DNA of 64,000 bases from an uncultured Gammaproteobacteria bacterium (GTDB lineage: Bacteria; Patescibacteriota; Microgenomatia; UBA8517), in contig CAZRJH010000003.1 in NCBI GenBank assembly GCA_964600575.1, forward strand, positions 17,640-81,639. Direction: 5' to 3'. A model generated the notes under the pieces. That model saw only the letters and a list, made by a program, of their open reading frames with translations. It was not told the origin of the DNA and searched no databases. Below are positions 26,799 to 34,660 of the stretch, in pieces. The position numbers and the translations under genes are program-made. Every line of letters starts with the position of its first letter. The first letter of the stretch is position 1.

Positions 26799-28847
26799 AT
26801 GAAAGTTAACAACCGTTTGTTTTGGGTTCTTTTGGTGTTCGTCGGTGCGCTTACATTTGCTTCCATAGCATGTGGTTCCAGCGCTCCCGAGACTCCTCAA
26901 GGTCCCACTGTAACACCCGGTCCAATGCCCACACCTACGCTGCGTGCATACGTGCCACCCCCTGATGAAGGGCCAAAGTACGGAATTTCGCAGATATCTA
27001 CGGGTGCTGGAAACATTTCCAACGAGGTGATCGGTAGCCGCATGAACCAGAACGCTTTTACAATTGGTTTGGCGGTCGGATTGATCATTATCGCTATTGG
27101 AATCTGGTTTGTCCCCGCTAACTGGTGGTTAATTGCACTTCTTGTTGTTTCGTATGTTGGCGGAAATATCACCAACAACAGTATCCAAAGTGGGATACCG
27201 CAGAAACAATCCGAAGTTGCGCAGGTACTGCAAAATGACTCGATCACGAACGGCATGAGTTTCGCCGCCCGGGCTCAAGCTCAAAATAACCAGTATATTT
27301 ATGCAACCATCAAGCAAATCGGGATCGACAGCGTTCCTTGCCAAGGCGGAGATCACGGTTATCGCGATTTCTGTGGACAAAACACCCCCTACTACAATCA
27401 CTGGACCACAGACTACCCATGTGGTACTGATGAAGACGGGGACACAATCTACTGTGATGAAGATCACTACGAGAATTGGCTGGACCGCATCGACAAATAC
27501 TGGATCGTTTTGGACACCAAGGCTAAATACCTTGATGAACAGATCTATCATCAGAAATGCATGTCACCCGACGGTAAGACGGTTTCCGAATGTCATCGCG
27601 ATGAGTACGGTAAGATAGATGACAAAAGTAATCCGGTTTTCTACCTCCACGGCGACTGGCGTGCCCCTGAAGATGTAAACGCTCACAGACAGTCCAGTTC
27701 ATCGATCTTTGGCACAAGCTATGTTGATATGGGACAGGTGAATAACCGTGTACCCCTCGACTGGGCCAATGTCCGAGACAATAGCGTGTCCTGCAACGGA
27801 ACCGATTACTGCGGCAGCAACTTTGTTGCTACGGTGGTTGGTCCCTACCTTAACTACGGTTTTGCCTCTGGATCACAGCTTTTCGAACCGGTGACGAACC
27901 ACTACCAAAAGCTATTACAGCTGGCGGTTTTGCCAACTCCCCACGGCGCGGCTTTCCAAGAGAAAGATGCGTTCGGCAAAGACTCGGTTTTACAGACCAG
28001 TCTCTATGGAGTTGATGCCGACTTGCCACTTCACCTCGACCCTGTGGCTATCGTCGGATCTTGTATTTCTCAGGACAACATCGCCGGCTTCTCGGCTTAT
28101 GCGATGCAGTTCCAGGGGAGTTTCGGACCGATCAAGCAAGGAAGTGCGCGTTGGTATATTGTTTGCGACAGCATCGTTGCACAAATGAGTGGAATGCAAA
28201 ACACGGTTACAGCCATCAAGGCCTACGAACGTGATCCCAATGTGCACGGCAAGTTCTCTATGCCCAAAAATCTGGTCGACATTGTTATATCCGTAAGTGA
28301 GGATGGGCAGTGTATAACCGGACGCGGTATGGAAACCGGTATGCCTGCAGGCAACGACCAAGTCCAAATGGACATGCTCGAATCAATTCCTGGCGGCCAG
28401 TGTGTCCCGTTCACGAAAGAAAACGTGTTCGGTACATTTACCTCTGGCTATACGGGAACGACATCAACCCAAACCAATGCGAATGTCGCCGAAGGAAGCG
28501 TAAGTACTTCTACCATTCTGAGCTATCAGTACTCTGACATGACTCAGGCGGGCGGTACGATCGGCATCCTCTACGCGACAGACCCGAACTATGTGCCCCC
28601 CGATCCGTCGGCTCCGGGATGTGTAATTCCAAAGGCTGACCACAAGGGTTTTGTTCGATATGATCCTTGTAACTACTTCTACCAACAGTCGGATGTTCAA
28701 ATTAATCAGGACGGATACGACTTGATTATGCGGGATATTCAGACCAAGGCGGTCGATTATGTGGATGTAATCTGGGGTTGGGTTTGGCTCGTCTTGGCTG
28801 TGGTCATACTGATCTTATCAGCCGGCGGGAAACTGCAACTTTTCTAA
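26799..28847 (+). CDS. Large secreted/membrane protein (~682 aa) with Cys-rich ectodomain, N-terminal signal/lipobox-like sequence, TM hairpin and C-terminal TM anchor; GC-rich island gene 1
   Basis: SD GGAAGGAG 5 nt before ATG 26799; FASIACGSS signal; hydrophobic segments at ~aa 105-150 and the extreme C-terminus (WGWVWLVLAVVILIL); many Cys/Asp/His (DEDGDTIYCDEDHYENW); ~52% GC. Confidence 0.5.
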   Translation: MKVNNRLFWVLLVFVGALTFASIACGSSAPETPQGPTVTPGPMPTPTLRAYVPPPDEGPKYGISQISTGAGNISNEVIGSRMNQNAFTIGLAVGLIIIAIGIWFVPANWWLIALLVVSYVGGNITNNSIQSGIPQKQSEVAQVLQNDSITNGMSFAARAQAQNNQYIYATIKQIGIDSVPCQGGDHGYRDFCGQNTPYYNHWTTDYPCGTDEDGDTIYCDEDHYENWLDRIDKYWIVLDTKAKYLDEQIYHQKCMSPDGKTVSECHRDEYGKIDDKSNPVFYLHGDWRAPEDVNAHRQSSSSIFGTSYVDMGQVNNRVPLDWANVRDNSVSCNGTDYCGSNFVATVVGPYLNYGFASGSQLFEPVTNHYQKLLQLAVLPTPHGAAFQEKDAFGKDSVLQTSLYGVDADLPLHLDPVAIVGSCISQDNIAGFSAYAMQFQGSFGPIKQGSARWYIVCDSIVAQMSGMQNTVTAIKAYERDPNVHGKFSMPKNLVDIVISVSEDGQCITGRGMETGMPAGNDQVQMDMLESIPGGQCVPFTKENVFGTFTSGYTGTTSTQTNANVAEGSVSTSTILSYQYSDMTQAGGTIGILYATDPNYVPPDPSAPGCVIPKADHKGFVRYDPCNYFYQQSDVQINQDGYDLIMRDIQTKAVDYVDVIWGWVWLVLAVVILILSAGGKLQLF

Positions 28848-28867
28848 AAATTCATCAAGGAGAAAAT

Positions 28868-29791
28868 ATGAATCAGCTCAAAAAGCTTTTTCTTTTCTTT
28901 GCGGCGGCAACAATTTTGCTGTCCGCCTGCGCTCCATCGGCCCCATCGCCGGTGAATACTGTCCTTCCTGGTGTAGATCTCACAAAGAGTATCCAGGATT
29001 TCAATGCTTGGTACACCAAAACGGTCAACCAACAGGCTGATCTTCAGGTCAATGTACTCGCCTTTGACGGCGTGTACTCCAAGTATTACTCGACAATGAG
29101 TGCGCTGGTTGCCAACAACGCGAACTGCTACGTGAATGTCAAAAACACAGAGCAACCGCTTCTCGAGGCAACTTTTAACCCGAATCAAGATCAAGGCACG
29201 CTCATCAACGCGCTGGTCACCAACACCATTGGCGGCGAGCTGGCGACAAGTATTTGTGCCGAAGGTAACGAGAAAATTGCGAATTTCGTGATCAGCGGAC
29301 GCCAGGAAGTCTACGATGCCTACATCAAAATGCAGGAATCGGCAGTGTTCTTCGTTCGCGACCTGAACAACACCATTCCTGTCAAAGTCGGCAACGATTT
29401 CCTGCAGACCTATGGCGACCCGAACATTGCGGAGCAGAAAATGCGTGACGCCGGAATTCCCGGACTCACAGATTTTCAATTTCCTCCCAACGAGCAACTC
29501 TTCTATGTGATGCCCGGCAATAAGGAAATTTGTGATTACTACATCACAGGCGCATTCAAGCAATATCTGCCTCCTCCGATCTTGAACAAGTTCTATGGGC
29601 ACGACGAATCGCTTATGCGACGCTACGGCGCCCAGTGGACACCTCCACTCGGTGGGTCGAACGGATCTTGCAAGTTGTTCGCTCAGGCGGCGCTTGATCA
29701 AATCATGACCCCGATCATGAATCAAAATGCCTCCAACGCCATCAATACCGGCGTTGACAACGGCAATGAGATTCCGACGGTAACCCCATAG
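28868..29791 (+). CDS. Putative lipoprotein (~307 aa); island gene 2
   Basis: SD AAGGAGAAAA before ATG 28868; signal peptide ending LLSAC (lipobox); GC-rich codon usage. Confidence 0.5.
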   Translation: MNQLKKLFLFFAAATILLSACAPSAPSPVNTVLPGVDLTKSIQDFNAWYTKTVNQQADLQVNVLAFDGVYSKYYSTMSALVANNANCYVNVKNTEQPLLEATFNPNQDQGTLINALVTNTIGGELATSICAEGNEKIANFVISGRQEVYDAYIKMQESAVFFVRDLNNTIPVKVGNDFLQTYGDPNIAEQKMRDAGIPGLTDFQFPPNEQLFYVMPGNKEICDYYITGAFKQYLPPPILNKFYGHDESLMRRYGAQWTPPLGGSNGSCKLFAQAALDQIMTPIMNQNASNAINTGVDNGNEIPTVTP

Positions 29792-29807
29792 GTTAGGAGA
29801 GAATATC

Positions 29808-30494
29808 ATGAACCTTTTAACAATCGGATTTGCAGTGACCGGCCTTCTGGCCGCATTCTCGTTCATTGGCTCGAACCTCCGGGGAACTTTCCTGGAATCG
29901 GACGGTGACGGTTTGCAACCTTTGGGCTGGGGAGCGGTGTTTTACTTCCTGAGCTTTGCCGTGGCACCACTTGATGTGGCCGCCGGCTACTTGCTCAGTG
30001 GACTCGGAATGCTGTTTGTGGTCTACGGACTTTTTGTCCTCATTCCGGACCCGATCACCGACTTCCTTCTGCACCCTGTCGCAGGCATCGTCTACGCTTT
30101 GGTCGCCGCGGTTATTTTCCTTTCAACCCCGCATGCCATGGCATTGACAGCCGGATATGTTCTGCGCCTGACCCTGCCGACCTCCGCCGCCGCTATTCTG
30201 GCAACCTTCGCCGCCCTTTCGCTTACAACCTCGTCCTTCAAGGACAAGCTTGAACAGCAGGTTGGTGGTGTTGTTTTGCTTTTGGCTGGCATCGTGTTCG
30301 GCATCCTGGCACCCTTTGCAGGGACCGTTATTCTCGCAGTGACTGCGGCCGGGCTCGGCGGACTTCTGTTCGCATTGGGCTTATTGGTCGCCATTGACGA
30401 CGACACGGTCGAGCGTTTCTTGACCCCTGCGGGTCTTATCGCCTATTTGCCCCTTCTGGGATTGGCGGTATACATCGCTCGCATGCTGTTCTAA
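29808..30494 (+). CDS. Polytopic membrane protein (~7 TM, 228 aa); island gene 3
   Basis: SD AGGAGAG before ATG; Gly/Ala/Leu-rich hydrophobic helices throughout. Confidence 0.5.
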   Translation: MNLLTIGFAVTGLLAAFSFIGSNLRGTFLESDGDGLQPLGWGAVFYFLSFAVAPLDVAAGYLLSGLGMLFVVYGLFVLIPDPITDFLLHPVAGIVYALVAAVIFLSTPHAMALTAGYVLRLTLPTSAAAILATFAALSLTTSSFKDKLEQQVGGVVLLLAGIVFGILAPFAGTVILAVTAAGLGGLLFALGLLVAIDDDTVERFLTPAGLIAYLPLLGLAVYIARMLF

Positions 30495-30529
30495 CAAACA
30501 GCCCTCGCAAGTATATTCTTGGTTTTAAC

Positions 30530-30561
30530 GGGAGACCGACATCAAAAAATGTCGGTCTCCC
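30530..30561 (+). terminator. Perfect 13-bp-stem hairpin (gggagaccgacat-caaaaa-atgtcggtctccc); terminator or processing site inside the island operon
   Basis: Perfect inverted repeat; only a weak T tract follows (ctacttctttt). Confidence 0.35.
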
Positions 30562-30733
30562 TGCACTACTTCTTTTAACTTCTTAAAATTGACTTCAATA
30601 ATCTAAAAATATAAACTTCACGCGTTAGTTTTTTCCAATTTGTACATTTAAATATTTCAAAAGCACTTTTTGGAGACTTGAAAGATGGACCGACTTTTGG
30701 GTCGATCAGTCATAAAGTCTCCAAGGAGAAACA

Positions 30734-31327
30734 ATGAATTCCAACAAATGGTTCAATCTTGTTTGTCTGGTTGTAACGGTGATTGCCGTTATTGCGGCAT
30801 GTAGCCCCAACGATCAGGCAAGGCAACACGCAAATCAGGCGAACTTGGAATATGCACCGTACGCAATCCAAAACTTCATTGATCAGCGCAACTATAGTTG
30901 GCGTCTGGAAATGAGCGACGATCCGTCGACGATTTTGTGGTGTACGATTTTCCCAGTAACACCGGGTGTTAAGCCAATGACCCTTCCGATCACAGGCAAG
31001 CTCACCTCAAGCGGCAAGCGACCCTTCTCGGGTGATTCAACCTTGCAGGTTGATGATCAGGCTATGTATGGTAGTTCTACAGAATACCGCTACGGCTTTG
31101 GTCCTACAGGCAAAGCAGAGTATTACGATATTACGGGCATGGACACGCTTTGCACCACTCAGCCTTTGGTTTGGCAGTCGCAGTTGACTGTTTTGATTCA
31201 ATCCAAGGACAATACGCTCCTGGCTGCATCCCAACAGGCACATGACCTTTTGGTCCAAGGACGCGGCGCGGAAGCCCAAGCTGTATTGGATGCCGCAATG
31301 GCACAAGCACAAGGAGTTTTACCATGA
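30734..31327 (+). CDS. Putative lipoprotein (197 aa); island gene 4
   Basis: SD AAGGAGAAAC before ATG; signal peptide ending VIAAC (lipobox). Confidence 0.5.
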   Translation: MNSNKWFNLVCLVVTVIAVIAACSPNDQARQHANQANLEYAPYAIQNFIDQRNYSWRLEMSDDPSTILWCTIFPVTPGVKPMTLPITGKLTSSGKRPFSGDSTLQVDDQAMYGSSTEYRYGFGPTGKAEYYDITGMDTLCTTQPLVWQSQLTVLIQSKDNTLLAASQQAHDLLVQGRGAEAQAVLDAAMAQAQGVLP

Positions 31328-31743
31328 GCACCAAAAAGTTCATCCTCTATGCGATTCTCGTGATTTTTGCTTTCGCCGCGCTCGACCTGGCCCTCGGCTG
31401 GGGACTTCTGCCTTTTGAGAAGGCATCGGTCGCCAATGTGGAGAAGCAATTCACCTGGGGTTACGAGCAAATGGGAGCTTTGGAAACCACAGCCCGTTCG
31501 GTCTGTACGGCCCAAAAAGCCTACGACATGGAAACGGACAAGGATTACAAAGCACAGCGTCTCTCTCAGCTTACGGGTTATCAGTCCAACTATAACCGTT
31601 TGCAGGGTGAATACGATGCCTGGGCCGCCAATATCTTTACGGGTAAAGTAGTCCGGCCTTCGGATCTTCCCGAAAGGGCGCCCAACCTCGATCAGATGAT
31701 GGCCAAGCTTTGTCCGCCTTCAACTCCGACACCGGCTCCATAA
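31324..31743 (+). CDS. Small membrane-anchored protein (139 aa); island gene 5
   Basis: ATGA start/stop overlap with the upstream gene; N-terminal TM; C-terminal PSTPTPAP. Confidence 0.45.
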   Translation: MSTKKFILYAILVIFAFAALDLALGWGLLPFEKASVANVEKQFTWGYEQMGALETTARSVCTAQKAYDMETDKDYKAQRLSQLTGYQSNYNRLQGEYDAWAANIFTGKVVRPSDLPERAPNLDQMMAKLCPPSTPTPAP

Positions 31744-31782
31744 CCAAAATCGCGATTTCAAAAGCTTTTGAAGTTTAAAAAA

Positions 31783-31830
31783 AACGGGACCGGCGGTCTT
31801 TTGCTTTTAGCAGACAGACTTCCGGTCCCG
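31783..31830 (+). terminator. Long hairpin (cgggaccgg...ccggtcccg) with internal gaccggcggtc-TTTTGCTTTT; probable terminator of the island operon
   Basis: 9-bp outer inverted repeat enclosing a T-rich tract. Confidence 0.4.
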
Positions 31831-31842
31831 ATCTATTTCTCC

Positions 31843-31878
31843 ACAAAAAATCCCCGTCCATGAAATTCACGAACGGGG
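31843..31878 (-). terminator. Intrinsic terminator for the minus-strand small membrane-protein gene
   Basis: Minus strand reads ccccgt-tcgtgaatttcatgg-acgggg followed by ATTTTTTGTGG. Confidence 0.55.
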
Positions 31879-31892
31879 AAAAACCCGGAAAT

Positions 31893-32246
31893 TTAGTTGA
31901 ACATTGCGTCGTTGGCGTCTAAACCAAAGATTGTCGCAACTGCGACAACGATCGCCGGTGCTATGTAGGTTGCAAGGACAAAAAGCAGCAACGCCTCGAT
32001 TATCTGGCCTGTGATCCAGAGCACTGCACCAATTAGTCCCAGAATCCATATCGAGCTAAAGACATTGGCGAAATAAGCCATGATTCCTGCCCAAAATACC
32101 AGGCTAACCACATCAAGTGGTTCAGCTGGGAAAAAGGCGCTCAGAGCAATAAGAATCACAACCACTTTCATCAGTGTCGAGAGGTTTTTGAAGACTGCAA
32201 AAGGCCAATCATTCAAATTGTCGAACAGATCTGTCAACTGTGACAT
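31893..32246 (-). CDS. Small membrane protein (117 aa, 3-4 TM); island gene 6 on the opposite strand
   Basis: SD AAGGAGA 5 nt upstream of ATG on the minus strand; hydrophobic helices. Confidence 0.45.
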   Translation of the reverse strand: MSQLTDLFDNLNDWPFAVFKNLSTLMKVVVILIALSAFFPAEPLDVVSLVFWAGIMAYFANVFSSIWILGLIGAVLWITGQIIEALLLFVLATYIAPAIVVAVATIFGLDANDAMFN

Positions 32247-32334
32247 GTAGTCTCCTTAAGGTACAAACGGTTCGAGAGTGAATTTTAACACATTGTTACA
32301 CATTGCCCGTATTTTTGGGTTATACTTGGCATAT

Positions 32335-33417
32335 ATGCAGGAAATAAAACAAAAAATAGCCGAACTTTTGACTCGTTTGGCAGATCTTACCAACGCACTC
32401 AACATTCCCGAAAAAAAACAAAAAATTGACAACCTTACAGTTAAAGCGGCCGATCCGAATCTTTGGAACAATCAGGAAGAGGCAAGAAATGTTACTCAGG
32501 AACTTTCCGACCTAAAAAAGGAATTGGATGAAGTTTTGGAGCTTACACAAAACTTGGAAATAATTAAAGTTCTTTCAGAAGACTCGTCCGAAGAAGCAAG
32601 TTTACAATCCGAAGTCTCAAAGGCCGAAAAGTTTATGGAAAAGCTGGAGCTTAAGTCATTTTTGTCGGGAGAATACGACGGCAAAAATGCAATTCTTTCT
32701 ATACACGCGGGCCAGGGTGGGACCGAAGCAATGGATTGGTCGAATATGATTTATAGAATGTATACCCGTTTTTGTGAAATTAGGGATTGGAAAACACAAG
32801 TTTTGGAATATTCAGCAGGGGAAGAAGCGGGTATTAAAAGCGTAACAATAAAAGTAATAGGCCATTATGCTTACGGATATTTAAAAGGCGAGGCAGGTAC
32901 CCACAGGCTTGTTAGACAATCTCCTTTTAACGCGGACAAACTTCGTCAAACCTCTTTTGCACTGGTGGAGGTAATGCCCGAACTGTCCGATGTTGATCTT
33001 CGTGATATAGAAATCAAAGAAGACGATCTTGATTGGCAATTTATTCACGCAGGCGGACACGGAGGCCAAAACGTAAATAAAGTTGCAACTGCGGTTCGTT
33101 TAACTCATATTCCTTCGGGTATTGTTATAACTGCATCCACCGAAAGGTTTCAGGAACAAAACAGAAAGATTGCCTTGGACTTACTTCGCGGAAAACTTTG
33201 GCTTATGCAACAGGAAATTGCCAAAGGTCTCAAAAAAGAACTCAAAGGAGATTACAGGCCCGCATCCTGGGGAACTCAAATCAGAAGCTACGTACTTCAT
33301 CCTTATAAAATGGTTAAAGACTTAAGAACTGATGTAGAAACGGGTAATACCGAGGCTGTGTTGGATGGCGAGATAGATGAATTTATAGACGCCGAGCTAA
33401 AAAACACTTCCGCCTAA
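32335..33417 (+). CDS. prfB: Peptide chain release factor 2 (no programmed frameshift)
   Basis: SPF tripeptide (RF2-specific), GGQ motif (GGHGGQNVNK), RF PCRF domain; continuous ORF; ATG 32335 (MQEIKQK) preferred over the upstream track start at 32278. Confidence 0.85.
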   Translation: MQEIKQKIAELLTRLADLTNALNIPEKKQKIDNLTVKAADPNLWNNQEEARNVTQELSDLKKELDEVLELTQNLEIIKVLSEDSSEEASLQSEVSKAEKFMEKLELKSFLSGEYDGKNAILSIHAGQGGTEAMDWSNMIYRMYTRFCEIRDWKTQVLEYSAGEEAGIKSVTIKVIGHYAYGYLKGEAGTHRLVRQSPFNADKLRQTSFALVEVMPELSDVDLRDIEIKEDDLDWQFIHAGGHGGQNVNKVATAVRLTHIPSGIVITASTERFQEQNRKIALDLLRGKLWLMQQEIAKGLKKELKGDYRPASWGTQIRSYVLHPYKMVKDLRTDVETGNTEAVLDGEIDEFIDAELKNTSA

Positions 33418-33426
33418 AAACTATAT

Positions 33427-33455
33427 TTGCCAACGTATAACTCATTTGATATATT
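33427..33455 (+). promoter_or_regulatory. Promoter TTGCCA-17-TATATT, 6 nt before ATG 33462 (leaderless)
   Basis: TTGCCAacgtataactcatttgaTATATTgaatccATG. Confidence 0.45.
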
Positions 33456-33461
33456 GAATCC

Positions 33462-33926
33462 ATGCAACAAATATCTCCAAATTTGGGTGGAGTTCAAAAG
33501 CAAGTTTCAAAAGCGGTAAGTAACTTTGATTTCAAAAAACAATGGATGTATGTGGTAGGCGCACTTTTAGTTGTTTTGGCAGGTGTCGGAGCAGCCACAT
33601 TTATTAATCAAAAATTATTGGGAGGTACAACCGATACAAAAGTTGCAGCACCGGGCGCTAAAGTAAGTTCTACAGAGGCGGGAATGTTGGATGCAAACAC
33701 AAAATACGACGAAGCAACTGGAGATCTTAAAGATGGCGGAATAGGCAACGAAGGCACACACCACTTGGAACGAGAGGGTGGCCCTAGTAAATATGTTTAC
33801 CTAACTTCAAGCGTAATAGATCTTCAAAGTTATGTCGGCAAAAAAGTACAAGTATGGGGGCAGACACTTGCTTCCAAAAAAGCCGGCTGGATGATGGATG
33901 TCTCCAAAATAAAAGTAGTGCAATAA
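33462..33926 (+). CDS. Hypothetical membrane-anchored protein (154 aa)
   Basis: Single TM near residues 28-47; no motif. Confidence 0.45.
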   Translation: MQQISPNLGGVQKQVSKAVSNFDFKKQWMYVVGALLVVLAGVGAATFINQKLLGGTTDTKVAAPGAKVSSTEAGMLDANTKYDEATGDLKDGGIGNEGTHHLEREGGPSKYVYLTSSVIDLQSYVGKKVQVWGQTLASKKAGWMMDVSKIKVVQ

Positions 33927-33981
33927 TTTTAGGTTTCGGGGTGGAAATTATGCTTTTCACTTGGTATTGTAAATTCTGCTA

Positions 33982-34659
33982 ATGACTGAAGAAAAAAAAG
34001 AAATGGTCTTATTTAAAAACGTTACAAAACGTTTTGGTTCCGTTACAGCAGTTCACGATATAGATTTTCAGGTTAAAAAAGGCGAATTTGTTTTTCTCAC
34101 TGGTCCGTCAGGAGCAGGCAAAACTACAATTCTTAAAATGATTTTGGGTGAATATGCTCCCAGTAGCGGCCAAATTGTAGTAGACGGACAAAATGTCCAC
34201 AATCTTAAATCTTCCGAAATTCCACATTATCGTCAAAAAATAGGGACAGTTTTTCAGGATTTTAAAATTCTTCCCGAGCGAACGGTCGGGGAAAATGTGG
34301 AAGTTGCGCTTGCAGTTATTGGACTTCCCGAAAGCAGCTGGCAAGATCGGGTAATGCATGTTCTAAAACTCGTAGGGTTAGGTAAAAGCGTCAATATGTT
34401 TCCTTCCCAGCTTTCTGGCGGGGAACTTCAAAGAGTCTCTTTGGCAAGGGCACTTTCGGTTAATCCAAAACTTCTTTTGGCGGATGAGCCAACAGGGAAT
34501 CTAGACTGGGAAACTTCCGATAATATGATGGATTTATTCGAAAAAATTTGCGGAGAAGGAAAAACAATAATTATGGCTACTCACAACATGGAGATTGTCA
34601 AAAAGTATAAAAAACGGGTAATTCATATAGTTGGTGGTAATATAGATTCTAAATCCTGA
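33982..34659 (+). CDS. ftsE: Cell-division ABC transporter ATP-binding protein FtsE
   Basis: Walker A GPSGAGKTT, signature LSGGELQRV, Walker B LLLADEPTGNLD; 225 aa; followed immediately by ftsX. Confidence 0.9.
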   Translation: MTEEKKEMVLFKNVTKRFGSVTAVHDIDFQVKKGEFVFLTGPSGAGKTTILKMILGEYAPSSGQIVVDGQNVHNLKSSEIPHYRQKIGTVFQDFKILPERTVGENVEVALAVIGLPESSWQDRVMHVLKLVGLGKSVNMFPSQLSGGELQRVSLARALSVNPKLLLADEPTGNLDWETSDNMMDLFEKICGEGKTIIMATHNMEIVKKYKKRVIHIVGGNIDSKS

Positions 34660-34660
34660 C

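Noticed and set aside
28844-29866. 340-aa ORF on the minus strand, plus several other 100-140 aa antisense ORFs between 26.9 and 31.5 kb
   Set aside because: They lie entirely within the GC-rich island, where high GC suppresses stop codons in antisense frames. The plus-strand ORFs have SD sites, signal peptides and ATGA coupling; the antisense ORFs have none
32278-32400. Possible programmed +1 frameshift site in prfB (a CTT TTG ACT sequence near the 5' end resembles the CTT TGA C shifty site)
   Set aside because: The ORF is continuous with no internal TGA. The position does not match the canonical frameshift location (after the codon ~25 equivalent). RF2 here is encoded without a frameshift
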